A stretch of 64,000 nt of DNA, taken from Octopus bimaculoides (Eukaryota). The notes below the pieces were generated by a model. It was given only the letters and a program-made list of their open reading frames with translations. It was not told the origin of the DNA and ran no database searches. The stretch spans positions 126,719,517 through 126,783,516 of the forward strand of contig NC_068984.1 in assembly GCF_001194135.2 (NCBI RefSeq), given 5' to 3'. Of this stretch, positions 13,586 through 27,723 are shown piece after piece (position 1 is the first letter of the stretch; the number at the start of each line of letters is the position of its first letter). The translations under genes and the position numbers were made by a program.

Positions 13586-13591
13586 AATAAA
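13586..13591 (+). promoter_or_regulatory. Candidate polyadenylation signal of IMMP2L
   Basis: AATAAA about 260 nt after the stop codon, followed by T/GT-rich sequence. Confidence 0.4.
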
Positions 13592-13901
13592 ACATTATTC
13601 TTGAGTATGTTCACTAATTTTTCTTGCACTATATTTATCAAATTTCCATCACGTGATGATATATTCTGGATATTGTGTAACATATATACCTTTTATCTTT
13701 TACTTATTGCAGTCATTGGACTGTGGCCATGCTGGGGCACCACCTTGAAGGGTTTAATCAGAGAAATTAACACTGGTACTTATGTTGTTTTTTTTAAATC
13801 TAGTACTTATTCTATTGATCTCTTTAAATGAGCTGCTATGTTATGGGGACATAAACAAACTAACACTAATTGTCATGCAGTGAAGGGAGGATGCACATGT
13901 G

Positions 13902-13933
<32 letters not shown>

Positions 13934-14393
13934 ATCTAATTGAGAGAAAATACATGGCTTCGCTTTTTGGCCAACATTGAAGATGATGAGCCCCACTAGG
14001 TTGAAATTGCAGTACTTTGTCAGAACTACATGTACTTTTGAGGGGTTATAACAACAAATCTGTTTTAGAGAAGAGCCACATATACACTGAACTGCAAAAG
14101 AAATGTGATTTTTTCAAATGTCATCTTTATATGGTAAATTCTGAAAATTTATTTTGGAGATGCAAGTGTAAATATTCCAAGACATGCTGGTTTATGGCTG
14201 AGACCCTAATTGCAGGTGACCTTTCAACTTTTCCTGAAACGAGATGCTAAAGCACAGCTGCGTTGAATGCTGTGGGTGGCAGTCACAAACAATTCTCATG
14301 AAAACCGAAATGCACGTGCATCTTGTGGAGGTTATGGGTATAAAAATCAACTTGAACCGTGTTCCTGGCATTCATAATTTGGATGCATCAAGT

Positions 14394-15420
14394 ATGACCC
14401 AATTGTCAGCAGCGCAGAGAGAACAAGCTATCGGCCAATTGCAAGCAGGGCAGCATGACCTAGTTGTTGCAAAAGCTTACAATATCCATGTCAGCACCAT
14501 CTGTTGCCTGCAATAGTGATACAACAACACCGACAACACTGCAGACCATTCCCGCAGAGGGCAACCCCAAGTGACCATGCTTAGGTAGGACCACTTCATC
14601 CACTTGCAACACCTCTGTAATCACTTCAGACCAGCCAGCGTGACAGCTTGCAAGACCATCGGCATTGAACAGCAACTATATGGTACAACATTGACTGGCT
14701 GCCAACAATCTGTGTTGCCGTCGTCTTGCTTGAGGGCCTGTCCTCACCACCCACCACTGTCAGGCACGACTACAGTGGGCTATGCAGCACTGACATTGGC
14801 AGCATCAACAATGGAGGTCTATAGTCTTCTCTGATGAGAGTCGGTACTGCGTTTCCACCTTGGCTGGCAGAGTGAGGGTGTGACGTAGAAGAAGTGAACA
14901 CTACAGAGATGCATGTGTCATGGAGAGAGATACGTGGGGTGGCCAAAGCACCATGGTTTAGGGTGCTATAGAACTGAATCAGAGAATTGGGCCCCATGTG
15001 TTCCAATATGCTGGTGCAGGCAGAGGGAATGGCATAACAATGCAGCACTACGTTGACCAGATCCTAAGACCTCACATCATGCCCTTCTTTGCGTGTCACC
15101 ATAGCCACTTGTTCCAGCAGGACAATGTTCCCTCCCACATGGCTAGGATCACCATAGACCTCCTGCATCAGCACAACATCAGAACCATGCTGTGACCGGC
15201 TCTCAGCCTAGATTTAAACCCAATTGAATACCTATGGGATGAAATCTAGAGGGGGCTGAACCAGGTGGTCCCAAGGCCGACAACTTGTGTGGAAATGGAG
15301 GCAGCTTTCCTCAGGGTGTGAGCACAGGTGCCAATGGCTTTTGTGAACTGCCTCATGCACTCCATGTACCAACAGTGTATGGCTGTTTTGAACACCCAGG
15401 GAGGGCATGGATGGTATTGA
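14394..15420 (+). pseudogene. Degenerate Tc1-like DDE transposase
   Basis: HTH N-terminus (QREQAIGQLQAG), then FSDES, FQQDN and DLNPIEYLWDE motifs, with stops and frameshifts. Confidence 0.9.
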
Positions 15421-16986
15421 ACATGTCATGCCCTACAATCTCGATGTGCTGGATCCACCCACTACCAGAACACATAACAACGTCCCATAGACTGTGGTCA
15501 AAGTGCATCCAAGAAACTGACTTGATCAGATTTATCAGAATTTATCTCTGACATAATGAAATTAAAACATATTNNNNNNNNNNNNNNNNNNNNNNNNNNN
15601 NNNNNNNNNNNNNNNNNNNNNNNNNNNNNNNNNNNNNNNNNNNNNNNNNNNNNNNNNNNNNNNNNNNNNNNNNNNNNNNNNNNNNNNNNNNNNNNNNNNN
15701 NNNNNNNNNNNNNNNNNNNNNNNNNNNNNNNNNNNNNNNNNNNNNNNNNNNNNNNNNNNNNNNNNNNNNNNNNNNNNNNNNNNNNNNNNNNNNNNNNNNN
15801 NNNNNNNNNNNNNNNNNNNNNNNNNNNNNNNNNNNNNNNNNNNNNNNNNNNNNNNNNNNNNNNNNNNNNNNNNNNNNNNNNNNNNNNNNNNNNNNNNNNT
15901 AATCATTTTGTCCAGCATGCTAACGTTTCTGTTAGCTTGCTGCCTTTACTTAGAGCTTATTACTTCAAATAATGTGAAGGCATGTGGCTTAGTGAATAGG
16001 GTATTCAGCTCATGATCATAAGGTCATGTGTTCAATTCCTGGTGACATGCTGTGCCCTTCAGCAAGACAGCTTTAATTTCACATCGCTCCACTCCACTCA
16101 GCTGGCAAAAATGAGTAGTACCTGTAATTCAAAGGGCCAGCCTTGTCACAATCTGTGTCACTCTGAATCTTCCTGAGAACTATGTTAAGGGGACACATGT
16201 CTGTGGAGTACTCAGTCACTTGCATGTTAATTCCACAAGCAGACTGTTCCATTGATCAGGTCAACTGGAACCCTTGTCGTTGTAACGAACACAGTTCCAG
16301 TTGCTTTAAATATAATGTATGTCATATAATTCCACTTCTAGCAAATCCCCAACAACATCTGTCCTGTATACAGGAAGCAATGTTACTGGCATTATCTTTA
16401 TATGTTAATGCTGCTGGATCTTTACAGGCTATATATAACTATTGTATTAGGGAAGCTATTTGTTCTGATTGTAAGCTAGGTGCTGGCATATTTAATTAGG
16501 TAAGCCATGAAATTTTAATTAATTAAAATTAGAACATTTGTGGTGTGAACAGTCATTATTGAAATTGGGCTAAACACTGGTGTGTGTATGTGTGTGTCTG
16601 TGTATATATAAATATATATGTGCTATGTATATACACGATATATAAATATATATATAATAACCATTCAATAATCCTCCCTTCCATTATAACATAAATTATC
16701 ATTTTTTGTATATAATATACATGTTATTATAATGGAGGAAGGGAGGATTATTAAATATATATATATATATATATGTATATGCCTTGTATACACATGATAT
16801 ATATATATATATATATATATAATGTGCTAATATCAAACAGTAAGAATGAGTCCTCCACACAGTGATGGTGGATAAATATCCTTTATTTGTGGATTCACAA
16901 GGCAACCAGTTGTTTCATGTTGAAAATATCTTCACATCTATTCAAGGGATCCACTTGGGAACATTGGTAAATGTCTCCACTTTGGA

Positions 16987-17033
<47 letters not shown>

Positions 17034-17088
17034 AAGAGATATTAATATTTCTAAGTCTCTCTAAAGGAGACTACGGCAGCGGTACTGG

Positions 17089-17469
17089 ATATTAATAGTT
17101 ATCGCCAAGCCAACATGGCAGTCCAAAAAATAGGACGAATGCTGCTGTTGATTAGCTCCAAGAGGCCATCGCCTCTAGCTAGCTATGTGACACACGAACC
17201 TGTGTCCTTTATAAATTTCGAACAGGGGAGGTCAGCCGCTTCACCTTGCTGGTCTGGCATCTACAGACTAGTTTTGAGGTATTGGGGTAGTCTGTAGATA
17301 CCAGACCAGCAAGGTGAAGTGGCTGACCTCCCCTGTTCGAAGGTTATAAAGGACACAGGTTTGTGTGTCACATAGCTAGCTAGAGGTGATGGCCTCTTGG
17401 AGCTAATCAACAGCAGCATTCATCCTATTTTTTGGACTGCCATGTTGGTTTGGCGATAACTATTAATAT
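17089..17469. repeat. Long inverted repeat, 182-bp arms, 17-nt spacer (foldback/MITE-like)
   Basis: 17089-17270 pairs with 17288-17469, about 8 mismatches by eye. Confidence 0.92.
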
Positions 17470-17709
17470 ATATATATATGATGATGATGATGATGATGAT
17501 GATGATATATATAATCATCATCGTTTTTTCTGTGCTTGCCTGGGTCGTTCTCCTCTTCACAATTGTCATCCGACGAAGTGACAATCCTGCAAAGGTCCAA
17601 AAATGTGACGCGGCATTCCATCCATGGAGACATTGTTTCTGGAATTGACTGCCGTCACCGTTCCTCTGCTCCATTGAGACGTACTGTTGTTATATATATA
17701 TATATATAT

Positions 17710-18095
17710 AGGCACAGGCCTGGCTGTGTGGCAAGAAGCTTGCTTCCCAACCACATGGTTCTAAGTTCAGTCCCACTGCATGGCACCTTGGACAAGTGTC
17801 TTCTACTATAGCCTCAGACCAACCAAAACCTTGTGAGTGGATTTGATAGACCGAAACTGAAAGAAGCCCGTCATATATTTATGTGTGTGTGTGTGCGTCT
17901 TTGTGTCTGTGTTTGACAACAAATGTTGGTGTGTTTACATCCCCGTAATCTAGTGGTTCAGCAATAGAGATCAATAAAATAAGTACTAGGTCTACAAAGA
18001 ACAAGTCCTGGGGTCGATTTCTTTGACTAAAAAAACCCTTATGGCAGTGCTCCAACATGACCACAGTCAAATGACTGAAACAAGTAAAAGCAAAG
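17710..18095 (+). mobile_element. CORE-like tRNA-derived SINE (family B), representative full copy
   Basis: tggctgtgtggcaagaag head, accttggacaagtgtcttct CORE-like block, internal (TG)n. Other copies at about 3052, 3899, 4330, 13670, 19130, 19590, 44945, 48650, 52660 and 57715. Confidence 0.8.
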
Positions 18096-18206
18096 AATAG
18101 ATATGTATGTGTGTGTATGTGTGTGTGTGTGTGTATATATATATATTACGGAGATGCACTTGCATAGCAAGTGACCTGATCTGAGATCGTGTGCTGGAAC
18201 GAAAAC

Positions 18207-18487
18207 AATTGCAGCGTGGAAGGTGTTTATAAGCCATTTAAAATAACACACAAAATCCGTTAGATTCACTTCAACATTTAAATTTAATTTGTCAAAATAT
18301 TTTCGTCTCTTTGAGACCGCGACCTGTTCACTGACAAAATTCGAGATGCAGCACAGAATTTTGTCAGTGAACAGGTCGCGGTCTCAAAGAGACGAAAATA
18401 TTTTGACAAATTAAATTTAAATGTTGAAGTGAATCTAACGGATTTTGTGTGTTATTTTAAATGGCTTATAAACACCTTCCACGCTGC

Positions 18488-18491
<4 letters not shown>
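18207..18491. repeat. Perfect inverted repeat, 136-bp arms, 13-nt spacer
   Basis: 18207-18342 is the exact reverse complement of 18356-18491. Confidence 0.95.
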
Positions 18492-18561
<70 letters not shown>

Positions 18562-20349
18562 TCATCATCATCATCATCGTTTAACGTCCGATATGGTGAT
18601 GCTCCAGTATGACCATGGCTGCATGGCTGAAACACGTAAAAATATGTATATATAAGGCCTTCTTTTACAACAATAAAGAGACCACTACAGAGAGCATATT
18701 TCATGAAATATATATACATATATTATATATAATTGGATTCTTCCTGTGAAGCATACTATAATGTAAGGGGAATAATTAACAACCAGAGTACCGTATTACT
18801 TCCCTGGCATCTGTAGAGTTGCAAAATTGCTTTGAGAATCACAATTTTAAAATGTTGATAAGCAAGGAAGGAGCTAGGCAATCAGATAAAAGGAGGAGAC
18901 AGTTTTATTGGTGTGATGTGTGAAGTTATGTGTTGGTATGTGATTTATGTAACTGAATGTTCTTGAAGGGCAAAGCTGTATTATAAAGAGGTGGAATGTA
19001 AGTTTGAAGTCAACAAACTGGATTCTTTTTCCTGTGAGTATGTGATTAGTCCAGTGGTGTGACAGGTTTTCAAAGTTTAACATATACATTCGAGATTATA
19101 GCATCTGCTGAAAAATTCATGTCAGAATTGTTGTGTAGTAAGTAGCTTGCTTACCAATCACATGGTTCTGGTTTAAGTCCCACTGTGCAGCACCTTGGGC
19201 AAGTGTCTTCTGCTATAGCCCTGGGCTGACCAAAGCCTTGTGAGTGGATTTGGTAGAAGGACACTGAAAAAAGCCTGTCGTGTGTGTGTGTCTATGTTTG
19301 TCCCCACACCATTGCTTGACAACCGATGTTGGTGTGTTTACATCCTTGTAACTTAACAGTTTGGCAAAAAAGAACGATGGAATATGTACTAGGCTTACAA
19401 AGAATAAAACCTGGGGGCGATTTGTTTAACTAAAGGCGGTGGTCCAGCATGGCCACAGTCAAATGTCGGAAACAAATAAATAAAGAAAAATGCATATTTA
19501 AGGATTTAGATGAGGCTTTTATAGTCTCCAGTATGATAGTATTTTTTGTGATGTGTAACTGGCATTCATCTTTTCATTTTTTATTTATTTCAGTCATGAG
19601 ACTATGACCATACTGGGACACTACCTTGAAAAATTTTTAGTCAACTGAATCGACTCCAGTACTTAATTTTTTTAAAACCTGATGCTTATTCTATCAGCCT
19701 TTTCTGCCAAACTGCTAAGTTACAAACATGAACACACACATGAGTTTCTTTCAGTGTCTGTCTACCAAAGTCACTCACAAGGCTTTGGTTAGCTAGAGGC
19801 TATACTAGAAGAGACTTGCACATGGTGTCACACATGAACCCAGAACCATGTGGTAAGGAAGCTGACTTCTTACCACACGGCCATCCACTCCATCCTTGCA
19901 TTGAACAGTCCTGGAGACTGTATTTAGTGATGTGATCTACTCTGTTTTGTATTGAGTGCTCATTCTTTGTCTCAAGCAATCCATATTACAGTATATATAC
20001 ATTTGTGTGCATTTTTATGTGTGTGTAATGTATACAAGTGCATGCATGTCTGAATTTGTAAAGAAGTTCCTTTCAAAACCACATAATTAGTGACATGTTT
20101 AATAATTTATGCATTAGAAGAGCTAGTATCTAAGATCGATTATTGTTAGAAATTTTGTGTACATAACCATAATTTATTTATCTATCTATCTATATATATG
20201 TATATATATATATACACACACACACACAAACATATACTAATATACGTACATGCCTCTTAACCCTTATACCTATGCATGTACACACATATATGTACATATG
20301 CATGCACACATACATATATGTATACACACACACATATATATATACACAT

Positions 20350-21540
20350 ACGGATATCTGCTGTAAATTATTTTTGAATCTGTTATTAATTTGTTCATTT
20401 TTGATGATTGTTGAAGAACTGGGAGATATTTTTTTTTGCAGTAATGATGATTTTGTGATTTCTTGGGTTGTGGGTGAAGACAAAAGGAATGCTTATGAGT
20501 TCATTTTTATTTTTGTGTATTTGTTTTCCTCTGAGGTCTGTAGTTGGGGTGTTTTTTGTTTTGGTGTTTACTGTGTCAATCTAGTGGGATACTTTTGTTC
20601 TATTAGAAATATTTTAATGCTTGTAATCTTTTATCCCTTAATTCTGCATCTATTACTATAGTGCAAATTCGGTATAGGGTATGTTTGTTTTGGTATGTGA
20701 GGCATGGGAGGAATGAAAGTTCAGATATTGGTGTATGTCTGTAGTTTTGTAGAAGAGATCTGTTTTTATGGCGCTATCTTCTTTAATTAGAAATATGTCT
20801 AAAAATGGTAATTCCTTTGTGTGTTGTTCCATAGTGCATTTTATTGCGATATGTAAATTATTTAAAAGTGAGTGAAGGATTCCTAAGTCTTCTTGGTTTT
20901 TGTTCTGAAATATAAAATAGTCATCCAAATACTGCTTCCAATTGTTTTTTTTACATAAATGGATAAATGTTCGTTAAATGTTTCTGTTAGTTAGCAATAC
21001 AGTTTAACCTCTAAAAAGCCCATTACAAGTGTTGCATATGTGGGGGTTACTTTTGTCCCCATCGTTGTTCCTTTTATTTGTAAGTAGAAGTTGTTATCGA
21101 AGAAGTGATTATTTTCCAGTTTTAATTTTAATCCTTCTAAAATGAGGGTTTTTGAGAATCTTTCCATAATATGATTTGGGTCCTTTGTTAATCAGAAATT
21201 TATAGCTTCAATTCCTAGGTCATGTGGGATATTGGTGTATAGACTAATTACATCGAAACTAACAAGAATTGTGTCCTGGTGGACACTTTAAGGTATATCG
21301 TCCCAGACAAAGATTGGTGTCATTTTGCATACAGGTTTTAGAACTATGTCTATTAAGTTGTTTAAGCATTGTGTACTGGATGCTGGTCCAGCAATGATTG
21401 GACATAGTTTCAGGTCTCTGGGTTTCAGAATTTCAACATATTGTTTCCTTTTATGTTGTCTTGGATTTCTTTTGATTCATGGGTCTTGAGTAATCCATAG
21501 AGGTTACTGGTTTTTACTTCAAAGTTGGTTAAATAATTAA
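20350..21540 (-). mobile_element. Penelope-like element reverse transcriptase relic
   Basis: Across frameshifts: PIIAGP, LVSFDVISLYTNIP, QIKGTTMGTKVTPTYATLVM, YLDD, KELPFLD, HQYLNFHSSH, IPFVFTHNP. These are the PLE RT motif order. Confidence 0.87.
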
Positions 21541-21574
21541 CTTCATTCTCAGTTAGGTTGTATATATACACACA

Positions 21575-21766
21575 CAAGAGGGTGGTGAAAAGTTCCTGCC
21601 TGGTTATAGGCTCAACATTCTGAGTTTTTTACGGGCTCTAGAAAAACTGAAGGACCACTGCAATAACTGTGAATCTGAGAGGGGAATATGTTGAATAAAA
21701 TCATAATTAACTGATCTTCCTGTATTTTCTTTTATCCAAAGCCAGGAACCTTTCAGCACCCCCTCA
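21575..21766. mobile_element. Mariner-type MITE, copy 1
   Basis: About 190 bp, TIR GAGGGGGTGCTGAAAAGTTCCTGGC-like at both ends, internal sequence shared with the copy at 47158-47331. Confidence 0.75.
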
Positions 21767-21926
21767 TATATATCATCATCATCATCATCGTTTAACGTCC
21801 GCTTTCCATGCTAGCATGGGTTGGACGATTTGACTGAGGACTGGTGAAACCGGATGGCAACACCAGGCTCCAATCTAATTTGGCAGAGTTTCTACAGCTG
21901 GATGCCCTTCCTAACGCCAACCACTC

Positions 21927-21969
<43 letters not shown>

Positions 21970-24900
21970 GCCTTAGAAAGGGCATCAAGTCATAGAAACC
22001 ATGTTAAATGGACATTGGAGCTCGACACAGCCTTGCAGCTCGTTGGATCTTGTCAAACCTTTCAACTCAAACCAGCATGGAAATGGAAAAACAAACGTTA
22101 AATATTAATGATGAAAATGATATGCACACACACATACATATATGTGTATACATAGATAGATGTGAATTTATTTGCAGTCATCATTGTGTCAAGGAGAGCT
22201 GAGAGGAATGGTTGGCATGAAAACCAGGTATGAGTTACTTGAGTAAAAAAAAGTGATTGGCAGGGCTTGCAATCTTAACTAGCCAATCTTTTCCAAGTAG
22301 AATCATACCATTATATTGAAGGAAGTTATTGACTATACAACCAAGAGTTGATGAAACTTGTTAGAAGTAATGGTTTTATGAATCTAATTCTAGTCCAAGG
22401 CAAGTTGTTCGTATGTATTCATTTATAAGTTATTAGATCTGTTTATGAAAACTGTACTAGGAAATGTATGAAAATTAGTTTTAAAAAATAGCAAAAGGCA
22501 AGCCCGAAATGTAATTAACTATGAATTCCAATGGGGGTGGAAGTCTGATACAGAAGCATATAATTTTCCTAAGTGATCTGCAAGAGTTGTTCCCCTTGAT
22601 GCCAAAATTCTAGTAATTTATGATAGCAGCCTGCGTAACTATATGCAACCGTTTCAGGCATGTTAGCCATCATATTAGTAATTTTAATTGCTCTTTGAAT
22701 CTTATCTCTTAATTACATCAACTACATTTCAAAAGTTGATCAAACTACTGAAATCTATTACAATTAATGTTGATAGTGAGCAGTAAACAATACAGTACTT
22801 GACTAGTATTGTACTATCTTTTTGTAACCCCTTCAGTATGCAAAGCAAATATATTCACTTAAAATTTCATTTCTTTTCACTGTGAAAAGCAGTTTTAGAT
22901 ACCAATCTATAATTTAAGGAATGTCATGTACTACCCTCTGAGAGACATGCTGTGTTTACTGAAGCAACACGACTTGCAGAAAATACCAATTCTATTTTTT
23001 TTGTAAATATTTAACATCATTACTTGAATAGTCATAAAATTTAATTTCCCAGCAAAAGGATTCATTGCAGGATTTGAACTCAGAATGTAAAGAAATATAT
23101 CTAAATACCACAAGGCATTTTGTCTGATATAATGACTTGCTCCCCGACACTGAGCATGGCTTCTGCTCAGGGAGACGCTGCCTCATGCGACTTCTGTAGC
23201 ATTATGAGTGGGTCTTGAAACATCTTACACCCAGTTATCTTATTGTTATGATAACCTTTCAAGTTCTTATAAAGTCTTCTAACAATTCTTTATTTACCCC
23301 ACCACAATTTTTTTAATCCTCAGGTAATGTGTTGACTATCTAGTGGGCCTATTTGATTTTAACTTACTTTATTCCAAATAATAGTGACAATTTTGCTCAG
23401 TATAAACATTAAGTTAATGTTTTTCTAGTTATTAGTTTTATCTTTCTCAAGTAAGGTCTGACCTTTCAACTGATAGATTCTTTGCAAATAATTAATGGAT
23501 ACTAACATATTTCTGAATACATATATTCATAAATTTATTAACTGTTACCTTTAAATTAACATGGTGTATTACACATACAAATTTCATTATTTCAGGGCAT
23601 AAATTTTTTTATTTATGCTGGTCAGTCTTCCAGTCATCAATTCTCTATTTTTCTTCTCAGACTTTTTAATTTCTAATTTTCCCATTTTTGTCTTTATTTT
23701 GATAACCCCAAGAGGAAGCTTGGGGTTAAAAATGGTGATAACATCAGTTTGTCAGAACAGCTATGTTGAAGTGGTGATAAACATTACTTCTCAGTATAGT
23801 AACAACTACTTTCATCTCTTATAGAGATTTTCTAACTAGCTACTTTGCTCTAATTCATTTATCTTACTTTGTTGTATTCTTCCTTTTCCTTTTTCTCCTC
23901 TCCACTTTTATTACGATTAATTACGTGAATGAAAAACTAACACCAACTATAAATTAATATGGTAAATAAATGGGTTCTTTTTTTGAGCATTGTCAGGAAC
24001 TGCCTTTGAACTTGTCTCCGTAGGGTTAGATGTTTGCTTGGCACCTACTATCTGTTATATTTGGATAAGTCTTACCTCTATTGGCCTTTGTGAGAAGCAG
24101 TTGCTAAATTTAATGACTTTGTATAGATCTGAATACTTCTGTCTTTATATTTATGACCTTATTCCCCACTTGATCAGCTTGTTCACACATCCACCTTAAA
24201 TTTCTTATGTAACATATTACACCATCTAATTGTAATGCTTACCTCAAAATAAAAGCTCCCAATGAAACAATTGTGGCAATAGCAGGTAAGAAGCACCCAC
24301 TACACTCTTGGAGTTGTTGGCATTAAGAAGAGCATCCAGCTGTAGAAACCTTGCCAAATCAGACTGGAACCTGGTGCAGTTACCCAGCTTACCAGTTTTC
24401 AGTCAAACTGTCCAATAAATGCCAGCATGGAAAACAGATGTTAAATGATGATGATTATATATATATATATACATACATATATGTATATATACATATACAT
24501 ATATACATACATATATACACATATATACATACACATATATATATATACATATATATATNNNNNNNNNNNNNNNNNNNNNNNNNNNNNNNNNNNNNNNNNN
24601 NNNNNNNNNNNNNNNNNNNNNNNNNNNNNNNNNNNNNNNNNNNNNNNNNNNNNNNNNNATATATATATATATATACATATATGTACATATATATACATGT
24701 ATTTAGTGGATAAAAACTGTTCAAACTTCATTTCATGTATGCAGGCTTTTGTGTGTCTGTCAGCATGTTTACATCCTGTCATTGCAAGCTTCCATTGGTG
24801 TTCATTATTATTCCTCTATCAATAAGTTGTCCTGTAAATCTACATTTTCAACGTCAAGTACAATGAGAAAATTCCTCAATTGAAAAATTAGTAAGGTCAA

Positions 24901-25203
24901 GCTATAAAACAATGCTTCAACAATATGCACTCATCAAATACATGCTAGCATAAGAAAATGGACATAAAAACGACCAAAATGTGTGTGTGTGTATATAATC
25001 ATATGCGAGCAGTGATTGGCCCTCAATATATATATATATATTGTTTAATAACAGTTTGATTTGGTTTCATGCTTTGTAGGCTCATCAAATGATCCTAACT
25101 CTTCAGGCATGTAGAACTGAATTAAGAGGGGACAAAGATGGCTCTGGGTATTGAGCTGCTGCTGCTGGTCAGCACAGGTCACATGGTGGTATTAATTTCA
25201 CAG

Positions 25204-25267
<64 letters not shown>

Positions 25268-27723
25268 CATAATGTTAGTATTCCAGGCAAGTCAAGATAT
25301 ATGGAAAAAATATTATGAAGAAATATGTTTTTCCTTCTATATCACAGTTGATTCCAAAGTATATTATTACAGCCAAAGCTCATAATTACAAAAATACATC
25401 AATGTACATAATTTTTGTAATTAATTCATTACAATATAAAAGGGAAAATGCATTTTATATTTCCACATATATATATATTTATATATACACACATAGCTGT
25501 ATGATGATGAAATCACTTTGTGTAATATAGTTAAAAAAAGAAACAAAAAACAAGGAAAATGTTCCTTACTGAATAATTTAATACAATTTTGATCTTATCA
25601 GTGAGGAATGGTAGCTTCAGTACAAGGGCAGCTGCAATGAAGCCAGCACTAAAGGGAAGCACAGCCAGCATATAACAGCTTACCCCTTCACCTTGTTTCA
25701 TAGCCGACCTACATACAGAGTTCTTCTTGGTAGTGCTGAGGCTGCCTAGTAGCAGCAGTTCACAACACTCATACAGAACATAATCTGCAATCTCTCTCTC
25801 TCTCTCGCTCTGTCACTCTCTCTACACACGCACACACATTGTTATTACACACAGACACAATGTATTTAGAGAGGGAGTGAAGAATGGCTAGATATAGTGT
25901 TGGTGAAATCCTTATAAATATTGATCACTCAACTGAGTGAGATCAACAATGTTAGCAGTGAGATATTTCAGACATAGCTAGAGCTCAACTGAAACAAGAG
26001 TGATGGTGGTATTACTAGGAGTGTGACAATTATCAATAGTAATAGTAGTAGTAGTCATCACATAGTGTGGGATGATTTACAAAGATTAATAATAATCAGC
26101 AGTAATCATGAGGTTAGGGCTTCCCTCTTCTGCTGGTTACTAAAACTAATACATTGTCACAAATAACTTTCAATAGTAAATTCTGTGTTGAAGTGTGACA
26201 TGCTAAAAAAAATGGACCAAAATAACTATGTATCGACGAAATGTTGACTATAAAGCTTCACTGACAGCAATACATGCCAGAGGGTAGAGCAGAGACATCC
26301 AAGCCAGCAATGACCCTCAATTAGCAACACAACTGGATATGTATTGCTACAGTAGACATTGCACAACTATTCAAGCTGGCCAGAACCAGTAAACCTTCCA
26401 ATTGTCATTTAATTTTAAACAATATAAAACTATGTAGTTTAACATTGTTTACACAATATAAAATCAACAAAAAAATGTTTTTTTTTTATCAAAAATTACA
26501 TAAAAGCAACAACAAAAGAGAGAACCTGAGTAAAAAGTGTGAGTAGTGTTTCATCAGAGTGACCAAGGAATCCTTGACCATTGGATATATGCCAAATCTC
26601 ACACTAATGCAAGCCAGATAAAGTTTTACTGGCTCCAACACATTACATACATGCAATGGAAGGAAGTACTGCTGTGTTTGAAGCCTGGGAAGGTTTTTTT
26701 TGTTTGTTTTTTTTTGTCCTCCCCTGATAAACAAGGGACACAACCCAGTGTGTTAGAAAATATAAACGTACCACCACTGGTCGAAGTCAAAAAAGCTGAC
26801 ACACTAAGACCATGAAAACAGTTGTGTGAATAGATAATCATTATCAAGTTAAAAACAGGTATGGTGGCTGCTGGATAGTAAAGATAGACAGAAAAGTGGG
26901 TGGGTGGGGTTTATTACTCTTCAAAAAAGCTATCTAGAAGAAATGAGTAATGTTCAAACTGAACCAGAAATCTTCAGACATACATACACACCACACACAT
27001 ACACACACAATAAACTGTAAAGCCAACCTAGACAATAGCATGCTGTGGCATAATTACATATATAATATGCACTGCTTACACAACATAATGGCCTCAACTG
27101 CAGCATTTGTTATAGAATTACAAAATGGTTTAAGGGTGGGGGTCATGTCTAGGTGTGAAGAGACCAACAAGTAGGAGGTAATGAATGAAGCTGACCCCTG
27201 AGAATAAGAGCCAAAAGTTCACTATACGTTCTTGAACCGTATGCAAGCAGCATGGAAAGTCTCTTGTGTAACCCTAGTGGACGGTTAGCAAAAAAGATAG
27301 GGCTGTCTTGGACAGAGCAGTGTTTGTGAGGTACAAGCCTTATTGCAGGGTTTGCAAGAGATGAAAAGGGTTACTTCTAAAGGTTCCAACCACACTAGAG
27401 TAACAAAAGATCTGTCACAGACTAGGACAGGTCTTTAATTAATGAGAAAGAGAAATAGATTAGGAAAAGTTGAGATAGTTAGAGGCTGGTAGCTAGAAGT
27501 TTTTAAAACAAAAAACATCGTTGTATGCACCCTGTGCTCTGTTCACAGTCTGGGTCAGTCTCACTTCTTTGCTTCAGTTTTCACGATAGCTTCCCCTGCT
27601 GCACTGCAGCTGGCTATCTCCTGCGGTTCTTTGGCCTTCTTCATCTCGTTGCTCTTTGTAGACCAACAAAGCAGAATCGAGGAGTTGAGAAGTGGACATG
27701 TAGTTACACTGTAAGTATTCCAG

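Noticed and set aside
15556-15972. Long ORFs spanning N runs (also 10782-11757, 24351-24825 and 34679-35203)
   Set aside because: Their length comes from assembly gaps. Only the flanks of 10490-11719 carry recognisable motifs.
23990-24200. Faint CR1/L2-like RT tail on the - strand (GHKYK, CFSQR)
   Set aside because: Too degenerate to support a call by eye.
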